64,000 bases of DNA from Isurus oxyrinchus. Its lineage: Eukaryota. A model generated the notes under the pieces. That model made no database searches, was not told the DNA's origin, and was given only the letters and a program-made list of their open reading frames with translations. The stretch is from NCBI GenBank assembly GCA_026770705.1, contig JANJGN010000026.1:33418001-33482000 (forward strand), in the 5' to 3' direction. Below are positions 51,765 to 62,630 of the stretch, piece by piece (positions within the stretch are counted from its first letter, which is position 1; each line of letters opens with the position of its first letter). Position numbers and translations under genes: made by a program.

Positions 51765-54088
51765 GCACCGAGAAGAGTCGGGAGTTGAAGAGGAGTGCGA
51801 GAGGAGTCGGGAGTTGAAGAGAAGCGTGTGAGGAGCCGGGAGTTGAAGAGGAATCGGGAGCTGAAGACGAGCACGAGAGGAGTCAGTGGTTGAAAGAAAG
51901 CGTGAGAGGAGTTGGGAGTTGAAGGGAAGCGTGAGACGAGTTGGAAATTGAAGAAAAGCCCGAGAGAAGCTAGGAGTTGAAGAGGAGCGTGAGAGGAGTC
52001 GGTTGTTGAAGGGAAGAGCGAGAGGTGTCAGGAGTTGAAGAGAAGCGTGAGAGGAGTCGGGAGTTGAAGAGAAGATGGAAGAGCAGGGGTGACTGATGGA
52101 GTTTGGTGAGGAGGGAACAAGGTGATCCTTTGAGTACTATGAGTACATCAGGGTAAGCATTTACTACTTTTATTGCTTATAGTTTTTAAGGTCTTATTTT
52201 GTGGCTCACCGTTTGCAGAAGCTATATTCGGTAACAACAACGAGCAAGGAAGAAAGGCCCGAGAGTAATTGATATTAAATATCTTCCAAAATGTTTAATT
52301 TAATTTAAAGGGGTAAGTCATGGCAGGAGAGCTCAAAGCCGTAGTGTGCTCCTCCTGCTCTATGTGGGAACCCGGGAACATTTCCAATGCCCGGGGCCAG
52401 CGGGAAGTGTCTCCATCTGCAGCTCGTGACAGCCTGGGTTTTTGAGCTGGAGCAGTGGCTGGGGACAATGTGGAGCATCCGTGAGGCAGACAGTATCATG
52501 CACAGCACGTATAAAGAGGTGGTCACACCACAGGCTAAGAGTACACAGGCAGGAAGAGAATCGGTGACCACCAGGCAAAGCAAGAGAACTAGCTAGGCAG
52601 TGCAATAATCTCCTGTGGCTTTACCCTGAAAAACAGATATACCACTTTGGATACTGTTGGGCGGAATGACCTCTCAGGAGAAAGCAGCAAGAGCAAATTT
52701 TGTTGCACCGTGGTTGGCTCTGCTGCACAGGGGAGGAGTAAAAAGTGTGGGAATGCAATAGTTACAGGGGATTCAATTGTAAGGGGAATAGATAGGCGTT
52801 TTGGTGGCCACAAATGAGACTCCAGGATGGTATGTTGACTCCCTGGTGCTAGGGTCAAGGATGTCTCAGAGCAGCTACAGGACATTCTGAAGGTGGAGGA
52901 TGAACAGCCAATGGTCGTGGTACACATTGGTATAAAAGACATAGGTGAAAAAACAGGATGAGGTCCTAAAAGCAGAATATAGGGAGTTAGGAAGTAAGTT
53001 GTAAAGTAGGACCTCAAAGATAGTGATCTCAGGATTACTACCAGTGCCACGTGCCAGTCAGAGTAGAAATAGCAGGACATATGGGATGAATACGTGGCTG
53101 AAGAGATGGTTTGAAGGGAATGGTTTCAGATTCCTGGCGCATTGGGACCGGCTCTGGGGAGGTGGGACCAGTACAAAGTGGATGGGTTACACCTCGGCAG
53201 GACAGGGACTGATGTCCTAGGGGGAACATTTGCTAGTGTGGTTGGGGAGGGTTTAAACTATAATGGCAGGGGGATGGAAACTTATGCAAGAAGTCAGAGG
53301 AAGGGGAATCAAAGACAAGAACAAAAGACAGAAAGTGGAATAAGAAAGGTGATAGTCAGAGAAATCAAGGGCAAGAATCAAACAGGGCCTCAGTGAAAAA
53401 TAGTAGGAACGGGACAAGTAATGTTAAAAAGAAAAGCCTTAAGACTTTGTGCTTTAAGGCAAGGAGCATTCGCAATAAAGTGGATGAATGAACCACCCAA
53501 ATCGATGTAAATAGGTATAATATAGTCAGGATTATGGAGACGCAGCTGCAGGGTGACCAGGGATGGGAACTGAACATCCAGGGGTATTCAGTATTTAGGA
53601 AGGACAGACAAAAAGGAAAAGGTGATAGAGTGAATTGCTGGTGAAAAAGGAAATTAACGCAATAGTGAGGAAAGATATTAGCTCCGACGATGTGGATTCT
53701 GCATTGGTAGAGCTGAGAAACATTAAGGGGCAGAAAACTTTAGTGGGCATTGTATATAGACCCACATTTCTAGTGGTGATTTTGGGAATGGCATTAAACA
53801 GGAAATTAGAGATGCATGTAATAAAGGAACATCTGTAAGTATGGGTGACTTTAATATGCATATAGATTGGGCAAATCAAATTAGTAACAATTCTATAGAG
53901 GAGGAATTCCTGGAATGTATACGGGATGTTTTTCTGGACCAAAATGTTGAGGAACTAACGAGAGAACAGGCCATGCTCAACTGGGTATTGTGTAATGAGA
54001 AAGGAATAATTGGCAACCTGGTTGTGCAAGACCTGTTGCGAATGAGCGACCATAATATGATGGAATTCTTCATCAAGATGGAGAGTAA
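51765..54088 (+). mobile_element. CR1 LINE 5' part (29-bp tandem 5' region, ORF1 Zn-finger/esterase, start of ORF2 APE), truncated at the PLE
   Basis: ORF1 MAGELKAVVCSSCSMW..., IVTGDSIVRG (SGNH esterase), DGLHL. APE motifs LVGIVYRP, MGDFN..IDW and SDHN. Many stops. Confidence 0.85.
51770..52075 (+). repeat. 29-bp purine-rich minisatellite (GAGAGGAGTCGGGAGTTGAAGAGAAGCGT)n
   Basis: About 10 diverged copies read directly. Confidence 0.85.
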
Positions 54089-54091
54089 TGT

Positions 54092-56049
54092 AAAACAAAA
54101 ACAGAATTACCTGGAAAAACTCAGCAGGTCTGGCAGCATCGGCGGAGAAGAAAAGAGTTGACGTTTCGAGTCCTCATGACCCTTCGACAGAACTTGATTT
54201 CGAGTCCAAGAAAGAGTTGAAATATAAGCTGGTTTAAGGTGTGTGTGTGTGGGGGGGGGGGGGAGGCGGAGAGATAGAGAGAGAGAGAGGTGCTTGTGTA
54301 GACAAACAAGCAGTGATAGAACAGATCATCAAAAGATGTCAGTGACAATGGTACAAAAGAACACATAGGTGTTAAAGTTAAAGTTGGTGATATTATCTAA
54401 ACGAATGTGCTAATTAAGAATGGATGGTAGGGCACTCAAGGTATAGCTCTAGTGGGGGTGGGGGGAGCATAAAAGATTTTAAAATATTTAAAAATAATGG
54501 AAATAGGTGGGAAAAGAAAAATCTATATAATTTATAGGGAAAAAAAAGGGGGAAAAGGGGGAAACAGAAAGGGGGTGGGGATGGGGGAGGGAGCTCACGA
54601 CCTAAAGTTGTTGAACTCAATATTCAGACCAGAAGGCTGTAAGGTGCCTAGTCGGAAGATGAGGTGTTGTTCCTCCAGTTTGCGTTGGGCTTCACTGGAA
54701 CAATGCAGCAAGCCAAGGACAGACATGTGGGCAAGAGAGCAGGGTGGAGTGTTAAAATGGCAAGCGACAGGGAGGTTTGGATCATTCTTGCGGACAGACC
54801 AGAGGTGTTCTGCAAAGCGGTCGCCCAGTTTACGTTTGGTCTCTCCAATGTAGAGGAGACCACATTGGGAGCAACGAATGCAGTAGACTAAGTTGGGGGA
54901 AATGCAAGTGAAATGCTGCTTCACTTGAAAGGAGTGTTTGGGCCCTTGGATGGTGAGGAGAGAGGAAGTGAAGGGGCAGGTGTTACATCTTTTGCGTGGG
55001 CATGGGGTGGTGCCATAGGAGGGGGTTGAGGAGTAGGGGGTGATGGAGGAGTGGACCAGGGTGTCCCGGAGGGAGCGATCCCTACGGAATGCCGATAAGG
55101 GGGGTGAAGGGAAGATGTGTTTGGTGGTGGCATCATGCTGGAGTTGGCGGAAATGGCGGAGGATGATCCTTTGAATGCGGAGGCTGGTGGGGTGATAAGT
55201 GAGGACAAGGGGGACCCTATCATGTTTCTGGGAGGGAGGAGAAGGCGTGAGGGCGGATGCGCGGGAGATGGGCCGGACACGGTTGAGGGCCCTGTCAACG
55301 ACCATCGGTGGAAAACCTCGGTTAAGGAAGAAGGAGGACATGTCAGAGGAACCGTTTTTGAAGGTAGCATCATCGGAACAGATGCGACGAAGGCGAAGGA
55401 ACTGGGAGAATGGGATGGAGTCCTTACAGGAAGCGGGGTGTGAGGAGCTGTAGTCGAGGTAGCTGTGGGAGTCGGTGGGTTTGTAATGGATATTGGTGGA
55501 CAGTCTATCACCAGAGATTGAGACAGAGAGGTCAAGGAAGGGAAGGGAAGTGTCAGAGATGGACCACGTGAAAATGATGGAGGGGTGGAGATTGGAAGCA
55601 AAATTAATAAATTTTTCCAAGTCCCGACGAGAGCATGAAGCGGCACCGAAGTAATCATCGATGTACCGGAGAAAAAGTTGTGGAAGGGGGCCGGGGTAGG
55701 ACTGCAACAAGGAATGTTCCACATACCCCATAAAGAGACAGGCATAGCTGGGGCCCATGCGGGTACCCATAGCCACACCTTTTATTTGGAGAAAGTGAGA
55801 GGAGTTGAAGGAGAAATTGTTCAACGTGAGAACAAGTTCAGCCAGACGGAGGAGAGTAGTGGTGGATGGGGATTGTTCGGGCCTCTGTTCGAGGAAGAAG
55901 CTAAGGGCCCTCAGACCATCCTGGTGGGGGATGGAGGTGTAGAGGGATTGGACGTCCATGGTGAAGAGGAAGCGGTTGGAGCCAGGGAACTGGAAATTGT
56001 TGATGTGACGTAAGGTGTCAGAGGAATCACGGATGTAGGTGGGAAGGGA
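54092..56049 (-). mobile_element. 5'-truncated Penelope-like copy, inverted head-to-head against the long copy
   Basis: Reverse complement of 57333-59307. ORF 54595-56103 differs from the plus copy at about 8 residues. Confidence 0.95.
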
Positions 56050-56090
56050 AGTTCTGTTCCTCCCTGCGACAAGATTTCCGTATCTCTCTG

Positions 56091-58787
56091 TTGCCTTGTT
56101 CACCTTCTTTGCTTTCCATTTCCCTCCTGGTGTTTGACAAGGTGTTTACTAAAACCCGCTTTCACAGCCATATCTCCTTTCTCAGTGACTGTCTCCGTCT
56201 CCGACTTACCCCACGTGGATTTCAACTGAAATTCCACCCCTCATCTTTCGAACCCACCCAGGATTACCGGTATCTCCGGGACATAAAACGTTTCTCAGAC
56301 TGCTGTTCCCGTCACATTCTGAAATCCACACTCAGTGCCATGCACCGCCATATGAACACACTCGACCTCTCCCTCCAGCAGCACCGCCGTACCCTTTTTC
56401 AAAGCTGCGCGTGCCCCCAGTTTCATTTTATCCTTCGGCTCATCCGACGCCTCAACAAGAAACATTTTCTCTTTCTCTCAACTGCTAAGGAACGCAAGCT
56501 CCAACAACTCATCGACACCAACACCCATCTCGGACCCTCCACCCCAGCCTATCCCTCCGTCCCCACCCCATCTTCCAATCCCAGCCCCAGCCGTGTATTC
56601 ACTATACCCCCTGACCTTCCCCTCTCCGATGCTGAACGTTCAGTGCTCAGCAAAGGACTTAGTTTCATACCCTTACGCCCTCACCTCAATGAATTTCGGG
56701 CTCGGCATGATACTGAACTCTTCTTTCGCCGTCTTCGTCTCCGGGCTCACTTCTTTGGGCAGGAGTCCTCTCCCAGTTCAACGGATCCTTTTACCCATCT
56801 CCAATATTCTCCCTCTACCTGGACCCCTCCCTCTGGATTCTTACCTTCTCTTGATTTTTTCATTGAGAACTATCGGCGCGACATTAGTCGTCTCAATTTC
56901 TCTGCTCCTCTCACCCATTCTAACCTGTCTCTCTCTGAACTTACTGCACTCCATTCTCTCAGGTCCAACCCTGACATTGTCATCAAACCCGCTGACAAGG
57001 GTGGTGCTGTTGTTGTCTGGCGCACTGACCTCTACCTCGCGGAGGCTGAGCGTCAACTCGCAGACACTTCCTCCTACCTCTCCCTGGACCATGACCCCAC
57101 CACTGAACATCAAGCCATTGTTTCCAGGACTGTCACTGACCTCATCTCCTCTGGGGATCTCCCTCCCACAGCTTCCAACCTGATAGTCGCCCAACCTCGG
57201 ACGGCCCGCTTCTATCTCCTACCCAAAATCCACAAACAGAACTGCCCCGGTAGACCGATCATCTCAGCTTGCTCCTGCCCCACAGAACTCATTTCTCGTT
57301 ATCTTGACTCCCTTCTCTCTCCCCTTGTCCAGTCCCTTCCCACCTACATCCGTGATTCCTCTGACACCTTACGTCACATCAACAATTTCCAGTTCCCTGG
57401 CTCCAACCGCTTCCTCTTCACCATGGACGTCCAATCCCTCTACACCTCCATCCCCCACCAGGATGGTCTGAGGGCCCTTAGCTTCTTCCTCAAACAGAGG
57501 CCCGAACAATCCCCATCCACCACTACTCTCCTCCGTCTGGCTGAACTTGTTCTCACGTTGAACAATTTCTCCTTCAACTCCTCTCACTTTCTCCAAATAA
57601 AAGGTGTGGCTATGGGTACCCGCATGGGCCCCAGCTATGCCTGTCTCTTTATGGGGTATGTGGAACATTCCTTTTTGCAGTCCTACCCCGGCCCCCTTCC
57701 ACAACTTTTTCTCTGGTACATCGATGATTACTTTGGTGCCGCTTCATGCTCTCGTCGGGACTTGGAAAAATTTATTAATTTTGCTTCCAATCTCCACCCC
57801 TCCATCATTTTCACGTGGTCCATCTCTGACACTTCCCTTCCCTTCCTTGACCTCTCTGTCTCAATCTCTGGTGATAGACTGTCCACCAATATCCATTACA
57901 AACCCACCGACTCCCACAGCTACCTCGACTACAGCTCCTCACACCCCGCTTCCTGTAAGGACTCCATCCCATTCTCCCAGTTCCTTCGCCTTCGTCGCAT
58001 CTGTTCCGATGATGCTACCTTCAAAAACGGTTCCTCTGACATGTCCTCCTTCTTCCTTAACCGAGGTTTTCCACCGATGGTCGTTGACAGGGCCCTCAAC
58101 CGTGTCCGGCCCATCTCCCACGCATCCGCCCTCACGCCTTCTCCTCCCTCCCAGAAACATGATAGGGTCCCCCTTGTCCTCACTTATCACCCCACCAGCC
58201 TCCGCATTCAAAGGATCATCCTCTGCCATTTCCGCCAACTCCAGCATGATGCCACCACCAAACACATCTTCCCTTCACCCCCCTTATCGGCATTCCGTAG
58301 GGATCACTCCCTCCGGGACACCCTGGTCCACTCCTCCATCACCCCCTACTCCTCAACCCCCTCCTATGGCACCACCCCATGCCCACGCAAAAGATGTAAC
58401 ACCTGCCCCTTCACTTCCTCTCTCCTCACCGTCCAAGGGCCCAAACACTCCTTTCAAGTGAAGCAGCATTTCACTTGCATTTCCCCCAACTTAGTCTACT
58501 GCATTCGTTGCTCCCAATGTGGTCTCCTCTACATTGGAGAGACCAAACGTAAACTGGGCGACCGCTTTGCAGAACACCTGCGGTCTGTCCGCAAGAATGA
58601 TCCAAACCTCCCTGTCGCTTGCCATTTTAACACTCCACCCTGCTCTCTTGCCCACATGTCTGTCCTTGGCTTACTGCATTGTTCCAGTGAAGCCCAACGC
58701 AAACTGGAGGAACAACACCTCATCTTCCGACTAGGCACCTTACAGCCTTCCGGTCTGAATATTGAATTCAATAACTTTAGGTCGTGA
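56091..58787 (+). CDS. Penelope-like RT + GIY-YIG endonuclease ORF (no ATG at its 5' end)
   Basis: Motifs KPADKGGAVV, LPKIHK..PGRPIIS, MDVQSLYTSI, GVAMGTRMGP, YIDD, and VYCIRCSQCGLLYIGETKR..RFAEH. Confidence 0.93.
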   Translation: MPCSPSLLSISLLVFDKVFTKTRFHSHISFLSDCLRLRLTPRGFQLKFHPSSFEPTQDYRYLRDIKRFSDCCSRHILKSTLSAMHRHMNTLDLSLQQHRRTLFQSCACPQFHFILRLIRRLNKKHFLFLSTAKERKLQQLIDTNTHLGPSTPAYPSVPTPSSNPSPSRVFTIPPDLPLSDAERSVLSKGLSFIPLRPHLNEFRARHDTELFFRRLRLRAHFFGQESSPSSTDPFTHLQYSPSTWTPPSGFLPSLDFFIENYRRDISRLNFSAPLTHSNLSLSELTALHSLRSNPDIVIKPADKGGAVVVWRTDLYLAEAERQLADTSSYLSLDHDPTTEHQAIVSRTVTDLISSGDLPPTASNLIVAQPRTARFYLLPKIHKQNCPGRPIISACSCPTELISRYLDSLLSPLVQSLPTYIRDSSDTLRHINNFQFPGSNRFLFTMDVQSLYTSIPHQDGLRALSFFLKQRPEQSPSTTTLLRLAELVLTLNNFSFNSSHFLQIKGVAMGTRMGPSYACLFMGYVEHSFLQSYPGPLPQLFLWYIDDYFGAASCSRRDLEKFINFASNLHPSIIFTWSISDTSLPFLDLSVSISGDRLSTNIHYKPTDSHSYLDYSSSHPASCKDSIPFSQFLRLRRICSDDATFKNGSSDMSSFFLNRGFPPMVVDRALNRVRPISHASALTPSPPSQKHDRVPLVLTYHPTSLRIQRIILCHFRQLQHDATTKHIFPSPPLSAFRRDHSLRDTLVHSSITPYSSTPSYGTTPCPRKRCNTCPFTSSLLTVQGPKHSFQVKQHFTCISPNLVYCIRCSQCGLLYIGETKRKLGDRFAEHLRSVRKNDPNLPVACHFNTPPCSLAHMSVLGLLHCSSEAQRKLEEQHLIFRLGTLQPSGLNIEFNNFRS

Positions 58788-59129
58788 GCTCCCTCCCCCA
58801 TCCCCACCCCCTTTCTGTTTCCCCCCTTTTTTCCCCTTTTTTTCCCTATAAATTTTATAGATTTTTCTTTTCCCACCTATTTCCATTATTTTTAAATATT
58901 TTAAAATCTTTTATGCTCCCCCCACCCCCACTAGAGCTGTACCTTGAGTGCCCTACCATTCATTCTTAATTAGCACATTCGTTTAGATAATATCACCAAC
59001 TTTAACTTTAACACCTATGTGTTCTTTTGTACCATTGTCGCTGACATCTTTTGATGATCTGCTTCTATCACTGCTTGTTTGTCTACACAAGCACCTCTGT
59101 CTCTCTCTCTCTCTCTCCGCCCACCCCCC

Positions 59130-59160
<31 letters not shown>

Positions 59161-59204
59161 CTTAAACCAGCTTATATTTCAACTCTTTCTTAGACTCGAA
59201 ATCA

Positions 59205-59243
59205 AGTTCTGTCGAAGGGTCATGAGGACTCGAAACGTCAACT
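59205..59243 (+). ncRNA. Minimal hammerhead-ribozyme-like motif in PLE 3' end
   Basis: AGTT CTGTCGA A GGGTC ATGAG GACTC GAAAC GTC AACT: stem I AGTT/AACT, stem II GGGTC/GACTC, GAAAC-GUC. The core is CUGUCGA rather than CUGANGA. Copies at 7705-7743, 54156-54194(-), ~47003-47041(-) and ~17068-17106. Confidence 0.55.
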
Positions 59244-60723
59244 CTTTTCTTCTCCGCCGATGCTGCCAGACCTGCTGAGTTTTTCCAGGTAATTCTGTTT
59301 TTGTTTTGGATTTCCAGCATCCGCAGTTTTCTTTGTTTTTATCTCTATATTTTCAGGTGTAGTTTATGACCATTCGACTTGGTATTTGAATTGTTTCACT
59401 TTTGTTCAGTTTATAAGTTTAATGTTTAGAGATCACTGCTCTGAGGCAGCAACATTTCAGGAAGCTTATGTATCAATCCTGTGAACTTTATACACGATAG
59501 ATGACGATAGGACATCGATTGGGAGTTAGGAGGAAATCTGAAAGGAAAAATCAACGTGAACAATATCATATTAAGCAGATTGTTTGAAGACAGGGAGGCC
59601 ATTGCGAGTTAAGGACTAGGTTTTTTTTGAGCCGACATGCCGGAAGCAATGGAAATAGGTTCAACATGCTGTTTACGAATTCGAGCAGTCCGGAGAAACC
59701 TTGCGTTGTACAGATGGTAATAATTCGCCAGTTAGAATATTTTTATACACATTCCTTCACGGGATATGGGCGTGGCTGACAAGGCCAGCATTTTTTGCAC
59801 ACCGCTATTTGCCATTGAACTGAATGGCTTGCTAGGCCATTTCAGAGGACAGTTAAGAATCATTGATGTGCCACTGGAGTCACAAGTAGGCCAAACCGGG
59901 TAAGAACGGGTGAACCAGGTGATTTCATTTCTGACAAAAATTTAAATTAATCGCCAACATTACTGAGACTAACTTTCAATTTCAACCTTATTGTGAATTG
60001 CAATTAGATTCTACTGGCTGTTATTTGAACCCGCTTTCCTAGTGCCTAATCCTAGTCTTCTAGCTTACCAGCCCAGTGACTCGTCCACCGTCTCAAATGA
60101 AGATTCTAAGGAGGCATTGCCGAGGAGGAAATTGAGTCCAGCTCTTCAGTTTCAGGGATGAGAATTAAGAAAGTAGCTAAAAAAATATATTTTCATTGCT
60201 TTTGATCTGGAAAAAGGGGTCTGGTGGTGATCTTTCAGAAATGTATTGCAAATTAAATGAAGTGGAAATGATCCGTACATTATAGTGTTTTAAATTAAGC
60301 AGCAGGGAAAAGACAAGTGGACACAGATTCAAACTGGTGAAAGATAATTTTGGAGCTGCTTTCAGGATATGGTTTACAGAGATTTGGAATGGCTCCTGAT
60401 TCTCATTCAATTGTACAGGAAATTACAGAGAGTCATAATAGATTCTCATTGTTAATTTCTGCGTTAGGCACAGAGGAAGTAAATATAAGTCATGATTCTT
60501 GTCTTTCCAATAAACTCTGAGATTTTTGTCTAACTGCTGTCATTTAAACTTTGTTCTGACTAGTTTTAATCGATTGTAAACGCAATTTAAAATTACAATC
60601 TATTCCAATTTAATGAGTGGGTCTCACCTCTTGTTATTAAGTACTCTGCTTCGTTGCAATTTTAAGAAAATCCCCGTGAATCTCAGTGGAGGCTGTGTTA
60701 CTGTTTCCGTTTATTGGTGTGAG

Positions 60724-60738
60724 AGCGCCCTCTGGTGA
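60724..60738 (-). promoter_or_regulatory. CTCF motif
   Basis: TCACCAGAGGGCGCT on minus. Similar motifs at 13253-13268(-), 17241-17255(-), 63783-63796(-) and 49217-49235(+). Confidence 0.6.
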
Positions 60739-60859
60739 GCGCTAATTGGGACTCTAAGCGTGGATCTCTCTCCAGGATACGCGATGTCGCTGCGTCAGTT
60801 TGGACTCCATGGCACAGAAATCCAGGACAGTGTGAGAGATAAGTGTGTGACTGATCTTC

Positions 60860-61312
60860 AGCTCAGTATTCCTGGTAATTTTGTTAACATAGAAGAGAAT
60901 AGATCAGTGAGTGACGTGTAGGTTCCCATTTATATTACTCCAGATAAGATGAACTATGGATTGTGGAGACTGGCCTTGTTTCTGGCTGTACCAGTTCGCG
61001 AAAAGGCGAGAATTGTTCGTCTTCAAGATACTACTAGGTGTGAAATGACTTTCCCCTTCAGACGTCAAAAGAGACACGCGGGGAATGGATTTTTACTGGG
61101 GAAACAAATTCTATTATTTCATTGGACGGGTGCGTCACTGGCAAGACCAGCATCTGTTGTCCATCCTGAGCGGAGATGCAATGAGCAGTGGAGCAATGCT
61201 GTTCAGGTTGATGATCCCTGAGGCTGTAAAACTGCAGTCTGGTAAATACTGCTGTCTGATAAATCCTATTTCGGGGCAGGAATACAGATCCTCGTTCCAC
61301 TCTGCAGTAAGT
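60860..61312 (+). pseudogene. Decayed V-J-type Ig-superfamily exon
   Basis: Across frameshifts it reads NFVNIEENRSVS/VTCRFP...FWLYQ.../LFRLMIPEAVKLQSGKYCC/YFGAGIQILV, followed by a phase-1 GTAAGT donor at 61307. A small repeat insert lies at ~61110-61165. Confidence 0.45.
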
Positions 61313-61927
61313 CTAAACAATGTCAAACTTGGACAGCAGCAGCAATCTGCCCAATAGCACAGGATAAGTAAGCCGGCTCAGACGGAGAGCAACAAACGGA
61401 AGCTGTGGCTGGAGTATTTGCCGTTTCAACCTGTTAGTTGGGGCTATTAAGAGAAATATTTAAGCTTGTACTTCAGTGCAGATGTCTTTCAATAAAATAC
61501 CTGCCCACTGACAATTCGAGCTCCCCACAGCCGATATAAATGCCATGGGTTCCGCAGGGATTCGACACAAGGATAGAATGTTTCCAACAAAGACCATTTC
61601 CATATACATTAGAAGGGAAGTTATTGACAGGCTGCACCGGAATGGTAGAATATTAACAGTCGATGAGTTCAATGGTGCTGAAGTGAGCTGCTTATTCCAA
61701 ATATTTAGAATATATTGACGTTAAATGTAACCATATTCACAGTAATGTACTAACGATGAAGACAGAGTTCTGAGACTTCAATTTCAAGTTAATGGCTGCA
61801 TTTTAATGCAATTTTCTTAATCCTTTAATAACCATTATTAAAGAACACTGTTGGCTGTCTGCGCCCATCTCTGGCATGCAGATGATCAAACCTAGTCGCC
61901 TACTGTAGTTTCAGCCCAGCTCTTTGT

Positions 61928-62630
61928 CTCTGTGGGTTTCAGTGCGCAGTAATACACCATGGAATCTCTCAGTTCTGTTTTAGACACTTTCAGCCGGACA
62001 GTGCGATTCACATAATCCAACTCTGCTGAAAAACGGTCCCCACGAAATCTTCTGGTGTCCTCGCTGTACCTATTCCTCTGCAGCAGATACTCCATGGATC
62101 TGCTGGGATACTGACGGTACCGGAATAGGTAATAATTGCCAGTGCTTGTAGCTGTACAATTAGAGAACAGCTGAACATCGTTTCCTTCACTCACTGTGAC
62201 TGCAGCCGGTGTCTGTGAAACAGAGTGTCCTCCACAATGTCCTGTAAGAGACCAGAGAGATATTCAATTACACAATGTCACTTCATTAAGTCTCCCCCAG
62301 AATCGGTCCGTTACCCTGAACAATAACCTGAGAAAAGAATCAGGGCAGCTCAACGTGTATACATTTCCCACAGTTCAGGGGCTGTACCGAGAAACAGTTT
62401 GGACGGATTAAATAAACCTTCCTTTAATGAACTTTTGGCAACTTCTCTGGAGATCAGTTCCTCGCCTTCGTTTCCTGCAATTTGGAGGGAAAACTGAAAA
62501 CTTCCAATGGGTTAAAAACTCGAGTATTTGTCAAAGTCCGTGGATACCAATGATTTATTTCTCTGGGATCAATCCATTCTTACCTATGTATTGAGCGAAC
62601 TGCTCGATTAAATGCAATGTTTCGTGACGA
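61928..62630 (-). pseudogene. TCR alpha/delta V pseudogene/ORF (V exon 62241-61935, decayed leader ending 62584)
   Basis: Reads HSVSQTPAAVTVSEGNDVQLFSNCT...LFRYRQYPSRSMEYLLQR...RDSMVYYCALKP. The first conserved Cys is Ser and the conserved Trp is Arg. Heptamer CACAGAG with no recognisable nonamer; the leader lacks an in-frame ATG. Confidence 0.85.

Larger units (their letters stand above)
56050..59345 (+). mobile_element. Penelope-like retroelement, near full length
   Basis: 898-aa uninterrupted ORF with RT and GIY-YIG domains. The 3' region is shared with several truncated copies in the window. Confidence 0.95.

Noticed and set aside
54921-58461. Alternative-frame and antisense ORFs within the PLE copies
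   Set aside because: Shadows of the C-rich RT ORF, with no independent motifs.
61250-61306. Stand-alone J-alpha segment
   Set aside because: No credible heptamer or nonamer upstream of the FGAG motif.
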